From NCBI GenBank assembly GCA_032718475.1, contig JAUCBJ010003370.1, forward strand, positions 1 through 46,479: DNA of 46,479 bases, given 5' to 3'. This document shows, in pieces, positions 30,672-41,162 of this stretch. Both the position numbers and the translations under genes were made by a program. The notes below the pieces were generated by a model. That model made no database searches. It was not told the DNA's origin and saw only the letters and a list, made by a program, of their open reading frames with translations. The first letter of the stretch is position 1; each line of letters starts with the position of its first letter. Source of the stretch: Nemertoderma westbladi. Taxonomy: Eukaryota > Animalia > Xenacoelomorpha.

Positions 30672-31280
30672 CTCGTACTTTATTGTAATTGTTGTGCTTT
30701 ATTGTAATTGTTGTACTTTATTGTAATTGTTGTGCTTTATTGTAATTCTCGTACTTTATTGTAATTGTTGTGCTTTATTGTAATTGTTGTACTTTATTGT
30801 AATTGTTGTGCTTTATTGTAATTCTCGTACTTTATTGTAATTGTTGTGCTTTATTGTAATTGTTGTACTTTATTGTAATTGTTGTGCTTTATTGTAATTC
30901 TCGTACTTTATTGTAATTGTTGTGCTTTATTGTAATTGTTGTACTTTATTGTAATTGTTGTGCTTTATTGTAATTCTCGTACTTTATTGTAATTGTTGTG
31001 CTTTATTGTAATTGTTGTACTTTATTGTAATTGTTGTGCTTTATTGTAATTCTCGTACTTTATTGTAATTGTTGTGCTTTATTGTAATTGTTGTACTTTA
31101 TTGTAATTGTTGTGCTTTATTGTAATTCTCGTACTTTATTGTAATTGTTGTGCTTTATTGTAATTGTTGTACTTTATTGTAATTGTTGTGCTTTATTGTA
31201 ATTCTCGTACTTTATTGTAATTGTTGTGCTTTATTGTAATTCTCGTACTTTATTGTAATTGTTGTGCTTTATTGTAATTG
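30672..31280. repeat. 76-bp (4-unit) higher-order repeat within the 19-bp satellite
   Basis: CTCGT variant at 30672, 30748, 30824, 30900, 30976, 31052, 31128 and 31204. Unit order is CTCGT-ACTTT, GCTTT, ACTTT, GCTTT. Confidence 0.9.
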
Positions 31281-34200
31281 TTGTACTTTATTGTAATTGT
31301 TGTGCTTTATTGTAATTCTCGTACTTTATTGTAATTGTTGTGCTTCATTGTAATTGTTGTACTTTATTGTAATTGTTGTACTTTATTGTAATTGTTGTGC
31401 TTCATTGTAATTGTTGTACTTTATTGTAATTGTTGTACTTTATTGTAATTGTTGTACTTTATTGTAATTGTTGTGCTTTATTGTAATTGTTGTACTTTAT
31501 TGTAATTGTTGTGCTTTATTGTAATTGTTGTGCTTTATTGTAATTGTTGTGCTTTATTGTAATTGTTGTGCTTTATTGTAATTGTTGTGCTTTATTGTAA
31601 TTCTCGTACTTTATTGTAATTGTTGTGCTTTATTGTAATTGTTGTACTTTATTGTAATTGTTGTGCTTTATTGTAATTCTCGTACTTTATTGTAATTGTT
31701 GTGCTTTATTGTAATTGTTGTGCTTTATTGTAATTGTTGTACTTTATTGTAATTGTTGTGCTTTATTGTAATTCTCGTACTTTATTGTAATTGTTGTGCT
31801 TTATTGTAATTGTTGTGCTTTATTGTAATTGTTGTGCTTTATTGTAATTGTTGTGCTTTATTGTAATTGTTGTGCTTTATTGTAATTGTTGTGCTTTATT
31901 GTAATTGTTGTACTTTATTGTAATTGTTGTGCTTTATTGTAATTCTCGTACTTTATTGTAATTGTTGTGCTTTATTGTAATTGTTGTGCTTTATTGTAAT
32001 TCTCGTACTTTATTGTAATTGTTGTGCTTCATTGTAATTGTTGTGCTTTATTGTAATTGTTGTACTTTATTGTAATTGTTGTGCTTTATTGTAATTCTCG
32101 TACTTTATTGTAATTGTTGTGCTTTATTGTAATTGTTGTGCTTTATTGTAATTCTCGTACTTTATTGTAATTGTTGTGCTTCATTGTAATTGTTGTGCTT
32201 CATTGTAATTGTTGTGCTTCATTGTAATTGTTGTGCTTCATTGTAATTGTTGTGCTTTATTGTAATTGTTGTGCTTTATTGTAATTCTCGTACTTTATTG
32301 TAATTGTTGTGCTTCATTGTAATTGTTGTGCTTCATTGTAATTGTTGTGCTTCATTGTAATTGTTGTGCTTCATTGTAATTGTTGTGCTTCATTGTAATT
32401 GTTGTGCTTCATTGTAATTGTTGTGCTTTATTGTAATTGTTGTGCTTTATTGTAATTCTCGTACTTTATTGTAATTGTTGTGCTTCATTGTAATTGTTGT
32501 ACTTTATTGTAATTGTTGTACTTTATTGTAATTCTCGTACTTTATTGTAATTGTTGTGCTTCATTGTATTTGTTGTGCTTCATTGTAATTGTTGTACTTT
32601 ATTGTAATTGTTGTACTTCATTGTAATTGTTGTACTTTATTGTAATTGTTGTGCTTTATTGTAATTCTCGTACTTTATTGTAATTGTTGTGCTTTATTGT
32701 AATTGTTGTGCTTTATTGTAATTCTCGTACTTTATTGTAATTGTTGTGCTTCATTGTAATTGTTGTGCTTCATTGTAATTGTTGTACTTCATTGTAATTG
32801 TTGTACTTTATTGTAATTGTTGTACTTCATTGTAATTGTTGTGCTTCATTGTAATTGTTGTGCTTCATTGTAATTGTTGTACTTTATTGTAATTGTTGTG
32901 CTTCATTGTAATTGTTGTGCTTCATTGTAATTGTTGTACTTTATTGTAATTGTTGTGCTTCATTGTAATTGTTGTGCTTCATTGTAATTGTTGTGCTTCA
33001 TTGTAATTGTTGTGCTTCATTGTAATTGTTGTACTTTATTGTAATTGTTGTGCTTCATTGTAATTGTTGTGCTTCATTGTATTTGTTGTGCTTTATTGTA
33101 ATTGTTGTACTTTATTGTAATTGTTGTACTTTATTGTAATTGTTGTGCTTTATTGTAATTGTTGTACTTTATTGTATTTGTTGTGCTTTATTGTATTTGT
33201 TGTGCTTTATTGTAATTGTTGTACTTTATTGTAATTGTTGTGCTTTATTGTAATTGTTGTACTTTATTGTATTTGTTGTGCTTTATTGTAATTGTTGTAC
33301 TTTATTGTAATTGTTGTGCTTTATTGTAATTGTTGTGCTTTATTGTAATTGTTGTACTTTATTGTATTTGTTGTGCTTTATTGTAATTGTTGTACTTTAT
33401 TGTAATTGTTGTGCTTCATTGTAATTGTTGTACTTCATTGTAATTGTTGTACTTTATTGTAATTGTTGTACTTTATTGTAATTGTTGTACTTTATTGTAA
33501 TTGTTGTACTTTATTGTAATTGTTGTACTTTATTGTAATTGTTGTACTTTATTGTAATTGTTGTACTTTATTGTAATTGTTGTACTTTATTGTAATTGTT
33601 GTACTTTATTGTAATTGTTGTACTTTATTGTAATTGTTGTACTTTATTGTAATTGTTGTACTTTATTGTAATTGTTGTACTTTATTGTAATTGTTGTGCT
33701 TTATTGTAATTGTTGTACTTTATTGTAATTGTTGTACTTTATTGTAATTGTTGTACTTTATTGTAATTGTTGTACTTTATTGTAATTGTTGTACTTTATT
33801 GTAATTGTCGTACTTTATTGTAATTGTTGTACTTTATTGTAATTGTTGTACTTTATTGTAATTGTTGTGCTTTATTGTAATTCTCGTACTTTATTGTAAT
33901 TGTTGTGCTTTATTGTAATTGTTGTGCTTTATTGTAATTGTTGTGCTTTATTGTAATTGTTGTACTTCATTGTATTTGTTGTGCTTTATTGTAATTGTTG
34001 TACTTTATTGTAATTGTCGTACTTTATTGTAATTGTTGTACTTTATTGTAATTGTTGTACTTTATTGTAATTGTTGTACTTTATTGTAATTGTTGTACTT
34101 TATTGTAATTGTTGTACTTTATTGTAATTGTTGTACTTTATTGTAATTGTTGTACTTTATTGTAATTGTTGTACTTTATTGTAATTGTTGTACTTTATTG

Positions 34201-35789
34201 TAATTGTTGTACTTTATTGTAATTGTTGTACTTTATTGTAATTGTTGTACTTTATTGTAATTGTTGTGCTTTATTGTAATTGTCGTACTTTATTGTAATT
34301 GTTGTGCTTTATTGTAATTGTTGTGCTTTATTGTAATTGTTGTGCTTTATTGTAATTGTTGTACTTTATTGTAATTGTTGTGCTTTATTGTAATTGTTGT
34401 ACTTTATTGTAATTGTCGTACTTTATTGTAATTGTCGTACTTTATTGAAATTGTTGTACTTTATTGTAATTGTCGTACTTTATTGTAATTGTTGTACTTT
34501 ATTGTAATTGTTGTACTTTATTGTAATTGTTGTACTTTATTGTAATTGTTGTGCTTTATTGTAATTGTTGTACTTTATTGTAATTGTTGTACTTTATTGT
34601 AATTGTTGTACTTTATTGTAATTGTTGTGCTTTATTGTAATTGTCGTACTTTATTGTAATTGTTGTACTTTATTGTAATTGTTGTACTTTATTGTAATTG
34701 TTGTGCTTTATTGTAATTGTCGTACTTTATTGTAATTGTTGTACTTTATTGTAATTGTTGTACTTTATTGTAATTGTTGTACTTTATTGTAATTGTTGTA
34801 CTTTATTGTAATTGTTGTGCTTTATTGTAATTGTCGTACTTTATTGTAATTGTTGTACTTTATTGTAATTGTTGTGCTTTATTGTAATTCTCGTACTTTA
34901 TTGTAATTGTTGTACTTTATTGTAATTGTTGTACTTTATTGTAATTGTTGTACTTTATTGTAATTGTTGTACTTTATTGTAATTGTTGTGCTTTATTGTA
35001 ATTGTTGTGCTTTATTGTAATTGTCGTACTTTATTGTAATTGTTGTACTTTATTGTAATTGTTGTACTTTATTGTAATTGTTGTACTTTATTGTAATTGT
35101 TGTGCTTTATTGTAATTGTCGTACTTTATTGTAATTGTTGCACTTTATTGTAATTGTTGTACTTTATTGTACTGTACTGTATTGTCATGAAATACAAAGA
35201 TTTCCAATATCATAACCATTAGCCGATGAGCGTTTTACAAAAGGTCATTTATTTTTTATAACAACCAAGACCCAGTAAAGGAATGTTATCTACACAAGAT
35301 GGGATATTATATGCCATCGCCAGAGCAGATACGCAATTTAATTGAGATTGGCGAATTATCTATTTCATTGGATTCGTAACTATTTCATAGGGTCACAAAT
35401 GTCAAACATGTATCTCTGATGTACGCAACAGTTCCTATTATCTGCTGACAGATCGCAGATACAAAAAGTAAGCTTATTAGGCATTCATAGATAGGGCGTT
35501 ACTAGTGCCACCATAACAATGGCTCGTTGTTGAGAGTAGAACAAATGAATTCCCAACTCATGATGTAATCATCAGCAATCAACGCAGAACGGACGTTAAA
35601 TTACCACATAAATCATAGCTGAATCCGCATATAGAGAGATAGAGAGAAGATTGATAGTGAACCCAAGGCCGTAGGTAGCATTACAAGCATAATAGGTAAC
35701 CGGCACAATAGGAACATAGCCTGGAGTGGGACGCATAAATCGACAAATATCTCTGGAAAACAAGCAATGAGCTTCGATTAATAAGTAAT

Positions 35790-35960
35790 GCGACTGGCAT
35801 AGGCGGCGTCCGTAAGTCGATGATGCGAGATCCCGAGCGACTTAATGGCGCGAGAAAAGCTCATCCGACACGACAGGTTGGCGCCGTTTTCCCGTCCTTG
35901 AGTCCACCCCAGGCCAAATAGCCAATCAACGGCCAGTGAGCAAGATGGCCGACCAATCAT
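35790..35960. promoter_or_regulatory. CpG-rich promoter-like patch (two CCAAT boxes and a YY1-like site)
   Basis: CCAAT at 35922 and 35953 (31 bp apart) flank CAAGATGGCCG at 35941-35951. An E2F-like GGCGCGAGAAAA lies near 35847. The patch is CpG-rich in an AT-rich context. Motif evidence only. Confidence 0.3.
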
Positions 35961-36249
35961 AACTATTTCGTCATAATATTGCTATGTAAAACTACTCTTG
36001 ATATGGGAGTAAGTTTAGGAAGAGATATTGCAACGTTTAGAAACAACAAAGCTTCAACAACTTAGAATGCCATTGATGGAAAGTAATTATTGAAACAGGC
36101 AGTAACTCAACTCATTCATACTACCGCTACAGGAAATTAGAATAATTAATGTAGTATAGTAAATGATTTAGACTTCGTAAATAAATAAAATACCTTGGAG
36201 GCTAATACGTAATTTATATCAATACATACAGACCCGTTAGAACGAACCA

Positions 36250-36530
36250 ATAATGGAGGGTTAATAAATTACTGAGGAGGACAGGTCAATGGCAATACTG
36301 GGTGGTGGTTTAATAAAGAGAAACAAAATCTTTTAAAGCATTCACTTGAAGTAAAACTAAAAGTTATTAAGTAAATCCTGCAAATTGGTTTGAAGGAAAA
36401 AGCAAAAGCTTTACCTTGTGAGTGAGAATTAATATGAAATAAAAGCTACCTTTTACTTCAAGAGAAATATATATACTTGCTTATTTTTTTATTCAAACCT
36501 TCAAATATCGGATAACGCCACGTTTCTTAG
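36250..36530 (+). pseudogene. Heavily decayed C-terminus of a CR1-like LINE ORF2
   Basis: Ordered remnants across frameshifts: HSL (36339), KSCKLV*RK (36373-36399), FTL*V (36410-36424), *N..LP (36435-36451), TFKYR then DN (36497-36516). This resembles the CR1 ending GH..KL...RK.FFS.RV.N.WN.LP...FK.RLD. Confidence 0.45.
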
Positions 36531-36542
36531 TTTATGAATTAG

Positions 36543-39500
36543 AGGAGTTAGGTTTACAGACTTAGTTAGGAGTTAGGTTCACAGACTTAGTTAGATATGA
36601 GTTAGGTTTACAGATTTAGTTCGATATGAGTTAGGTATACAGACTTAGTTAGGAGTTAGGTTTACAGACTTGGATAGGAGTTAGGTATACAGACTTAGTT
36701 AGGAGTTAGGTTTACAGACTTAGTTAGGAGTTAGGTTTACAGACTTGGATAGGAGTTAGGTTTACATACTTAGTTAGATAAGAGTTAGGTATACAGACTT
36801 AGTTAGGAGTTAGGTTTACATACTTAGTTAGGAGTTAGGTTTACAGACTTGGATAGGAGTTAGGTTTACAGACTTAGTTAGATAAGAGTTAGGTTTACAG
36901 ACTTAGTTAGGAGTTAGGTATACAGACTTGGATAGGAGTTAGGTTTACAGACTTAGTTAGATATGAGTTAGGTATACAGACTTAGTTAGGAGTTAGGTTT
37001 ACAGACTTGGATAGGAGTTAGGTTTACAGACTTAGTTAGATAAGAGTTAGGTTTACAGACTTAGTTAGGAGTTAGGTTTACAGACTTGGATAGGAGTTAG
37101 GTTTACAGACTTAGTTAGATAAGAGTTAGGTTTACAGACTTAGTTATGAGTTAGGTTTACAGACTTCGTTAGGAATTAGGTATACAGACTTAGTTAGGAG
37201 TTAGGTTCACAGACTTAGTTAGATAAGAGTTAGGTTTACAGACTTAGTTAGGAATTAGGTTTACATACTTAGTTAGGAGTTAGGTATACAGACTTAGTTA
37301 GGAGTTAGGTTCACAGACTTAGTTAGATAAGAGTTAGGTTTACAGACTTAGTTAGGAGTTAGGTTTACAGACCAAGTTAGGAGTTAGGTTTACATACTTA
37401 GTTAGGAGTTAGGTTTACAGACTTAGTTAGATAAGAGTTAGGTTTACAGACTTAGATATGAGTTAGGTTTACATACTTAGTTAGGAGTTAGGTTTACAGA
37501 CTTAGTTAGATAAGAGTTAGGTTTACAGACTTAGTTAGGAGTTAGGTTTACAGACTTAGTTAGATAAGAGTTGGGTTTACAGACTCAGTTAGGAGTTAGG
37601 TTTACAGACTTAGTTAGATGAGAGTTAGGTTTACAGACTTAGATATGAGTTAGGTTTACATACTTAGTTAGGAGTTAGGTTTACAGACTTAGTTAGATAA
37701 GAGTTGACTTAGTTAGGAGTTAGGTTTACAGACTTAGTTAGGAGTTAGGTTTACAGACTTAGTTAGGAGTTAGGTTTACAGACTTAGTTAGATAAGAGTT
37801 AGGTTTACAGACTTAGATATGAGTTAGGTTTACATACTTAGTTAGGAGTTATGTTTACAGACATAGTTAGATAAGAGTTGGGTTTACAGACTTAGTTAGG
37901 AGTTCGGTTTAAAGACTTAGTTAGGAGTTAGGTTTACAGACTTAGTTAGATAAGAGTTAGGTTTACAGACTTAGTTAGGAGTTAGGTTTACAGACTTAGT
38001 TAGATAAGAGTTAGGTTTACAGACTTAGTTAGGAGTTCGGTTTACAGACTTAGTTAGGAGTTAGGTTTACAGACTTAGTTAGATAAGAGTTAGGTTTACA
38101 GACTTAGTTAGGAGTTAGGTTTACAGACTTAGTTAGGAGTTAGGTTTACAGACTTAGTATGGAGTTAGGTTTACAGACTTATTTAGGAGTTAGGTTTACA
38201 GACTTAGTTAGGAGTTAGGTTTACAGACTTAGTTAGGAGTTAGGTTTACAGACTTAGTTAGGAGTTAGGTTTACATACTTAGTTAGGAGTTAGGTTTACA
38301 GACTTAGTTGGGAGTTAGGTTTACAGACTTAGTTAGATAAGAGTTAGGTTTACAGACTTAGTATAGGAGTTAGGTTTACAGACTTAGTTAGGAGTTAGGT
38401 TTACAGACTTAGTTAGGAGTTAGGTTTACAGACTTAGTTAGGAGTTAGGTTTACAGCAGACTTAGTTAGATAAGAGTTAGGTTTACAGACTTAGTTGGGA
38501 GTTAGGTTTACAGACTTAGTTAGATATGAGTTAGGTTTACAGACTTAGTTAGGAGTTAGGTTCACAGACTTAGTTAGGAGTTAGGTTTACAGACTTAGTT
38601 AGGAGTTAGGTTTACAGACTTAGTTAGGAGTTAGGTTTACAGACTTAGTTAGGAGTTAGGTTTACAGACTTAGTTAGGAGTTAGGTTTCACAGACTTAGT
38701 TAGGAGTTAGGTTTACAGACTTAGTTGGGAGTTAGGTTTACAGACTTAGTTAGATATGAGTTAGGTTTACAGACTTAGTTAGGAGTTAGGTTTACAGACT
38801 TAGTTAGGAGTTAGGTTTACAGACTTAGTTAGGAGTTAGGTTCACAGACTTAGTTAGATATGAGTTAGGTTTACAGACTTAGTTAGGAGTTAGGTTTACA
38901 GACTTAGTTAGGAGTTAGGTTTACAGACTTAGTTAGGAGTTAGGTTTAAAGACTTAGTTAGGAGTTAGGTTTACAGACTTAGTAAGGAGTTAGGTTTACA
39001 GACTTAGTTAGGAGTTAGGTTTACAGACTTAGTTAGATATGAGTTAGGTTTACAGACTTAGTTAGGAGTTAGGTTTACAGACTTAGTTAGGAGTTAGGTT
39101 TACAGACTTAGTTAGGAGTTAGGTTTACAGACTTAGTTAGATAAGAGTTAGGTTTACAGACTTAGTTAGGAGTTAGGTTTACAGACTTAGTTAGGAGTTA
39201 GGTTTACAGACTTAGTTAGTGAGTTAGGTTTACAGACTTAGTTGGAGTTAGGTTTACAGACTTAGTAGGAGTTAGGTTTACAGACTTAGTTAGGAGTTAG
39301 GTTTACAGACTTAGATATGAGTTAGGTTTACAGACTTAGTTAGGAGTTAGGTTTACAGACTTAGTTAGGAGTTAGGTTTACAGACTTAGTTAGGAGTTAG
39401 GTTTACAGACTTAGTTATGAGTTAGGTTTACAGACTTAGTTAGGAGTTAGGTTTACAGACTTAGTTAGGAGTTAGGTTTACAGACTTAGTTAGGAGTTAG

Positions 39501-39895
39501 GTTTACAGACTTAGTTATGAGTTAGGTTTACAGACTTAGTTAGGAGTTAGGTTTACAGCAGACTTAGTTAGATAAGAGTTAGGTTTACAGACTTAGTTGG
39601 GAGTTAGGTTTACAGACTTAGTTAGATATGAGTTAGGTTTACAGACTTAGTTAGGAGTTAGGTTTACAGACTTAGTTAGATATGAGTTAGGTTTACAGAC
39701 TTAGTTAGGAGTTAGGTTCACAGACTTAGTTAGGAGTTAGGTTTACAGACTTAGTTAGGAGTTCGGTTTACAGACTTAGTTAGGAGTTAGGTTTACAGCA
39801 GACTTAGTTAGATAAGAGTTAGGTTTACAGGGTTAGGTGGGAGTTAGGTTTACAGACTTAGTTAGATATGAGTTAGGTTCACAGACTTAGTTGGG
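36543..39895. repeat. 25/29-bp minisatellite GGAGTTAGGTTTACAGACTTAGTTA with degenerate TTAGG motifs, roughly 130 units
   Basis: Directly visible tandem repeat. The 29-bp form has GATAAGAG or GATATGAG in place of GGAG. Point variants are TATAC, TTCAC, CATAC and TTGGATA, and a few indels occur. Confidence 0.98.
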
Positions 39896-39915
39896 TTTTT
39901 GCAGTTTTATAATGA

Positions 39916-40020
39916 GGGATAGGATGCCTGATCAATGATCATTGAGCATCCACCCACACTCGAAGACTCTAACAGCTACCATAAGTAGGCCTGTAAAGGC
40001 CAAATCACTTATGAATGAAA
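39916..40020 (+). other. Two adjacent stem-loops followed by ATGAATGAAA; possible LINE/SINE 3' terminus
   Basis: GGATGC (39922)/GCATCC (39946) enclose the palindrome TCAATGATCATTGA (39932-39945). CATAAGT (39980)/ACTTATG (40007) enclose GGCC-TGTAAA-GGCC (39988-40001). Confidence 0.45.
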
Positions 40021-40233
40021 TAAGATGTATAAATAATAAATATTAAAACAAATGAACCAGTTAGTAAGGCGTTTTAAATTATTATCACGTACACCACGGT
40101 ACACAGTTTATAACTAACTAAGGCGTAGTATCCATAACGATAGGCCAGTGGGATGCCACTTGTATACACTGTAAACTAATATTGAAGTTGCTTGTATTTT
40201 ACATTAGTTAGTCGAAGTTTAATTTTTTTTAAA

Positions 40234-40615
40234 TCGATCGAGCGAGCGCAGCAGACACGTGACTAAGTCGCAAGCCGACCCGAGTACCATAGGGTGGATC
40301 TACCGCAGCTGTGCGAGAGAGCCGCACTCCGTCACGGAATATAGTCCGGTACAACGATGCGCTGAGAGTTTCATCTAAAGATCAATAAACCGTCGGCGTC
40401 GACGGAATGGTAGACGGGCTGAATGAAATAGCCCGGAGGAAACGGGAGGTTCAAAAACATACACCGAATCCGTCATATATGAAAAACTGACGGCATGTAT
40501 GTTGTAGCCATGTATGTTAGCGCACTGCGCACGCGTTTCGTTTCTCGGTCCCATTCAGTTGCTTAGCCGTTAATTAGACACAATCCGAGAACCGATACAA
40601 TTCCAACCGCCGCAC
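40234..40615. promoter_or_regulatory. CpG-rich, hairpin-dense segment (promoter-like or transposon-internal)
   Basis: High CpG density, E-box CACGTGAC at 40256, NRF1-like TGCGCACGCG at 40526, and six short inverted repeats between 40267 and 40493. Confidence 0.3.
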
Positions 40616-40871
40616 AGAATGTATTTATTAAAGTTAAGTATTAGTGACCAAAATGCTATATTAGTTGGATTGGGGACAACAATGCGTCTAGTCGGTTGGT
40701 TTCTTAGGATTTTGACATGATGCTGACAGTAAATGATTACACGGTAATTACCCCACTACATTGTGTTACTAAAGGTGCAACATTATTGCCTTCAAGCAGA
40801 CAATTGATTTATGTCCCGCCCAAGAATGGCGTCAGTCGTGTGCAACTAAAGTAACTTTTATGTGTCATTCG

Positions 40872-40909
40872 TAATGTGACGGAGTTAACATGTTAACTCC
40901 GTCACATTA
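40872..40909. repeat. Perfect 38-bp palindrome with no spacer
   Basis: TAATGTGACGGAGTTAACA|TGTTAACTCCGTCACATTA; the arms are exact reverse complements. Confidence 0.97.
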
Positions 40910-41162
40910 TATGCTGTATTATAGCAAGTTCTAAAATACAACAGCCAGTAAGAAAGATAAGTAATTTTCGGTAAGATAAACTTATCATTCAAGGTTACGT
41001 ACCCACAAAACAGTTTCTATGTATAACAGACACCTCGAAAACACAGCCTGATAAATACAATTTGCCAGCGTCAAAAATTCTGTAATTATGTTCAAGTCAT
41101 ATTTCATGTGAACATTCTTAGAAATTAATTATAAATGAATTGTTGTGGGGTGGGTCGAATTA

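Larger units (their letters stand above)
1..35170. repeat. 19-bp tandem satellite array, about 1851 units, consensus TAATTGTTGT[A/G]CTT[T/C]ATTG; continues beyond window start
   Basis: Unit starts at 1, 20, 39 and so on, and still at 35151 (35150 = 1850 x 19). Every 19th sequence line (1140 bp) opens in the same phase. Minor variants are GTCGT, CTCGT, TATTT, TGCAC, GAAATT and GTTCTT. Confidence 0.99.

Noticed and set aside
1-35170. Telomere at the left end of the window
   Set aside because: A left telomere would be C/A-rich on the plus strand, but this array is T/G-rich. Multi-kb duplications of variant order point to recombination, not telomerase synthesis.
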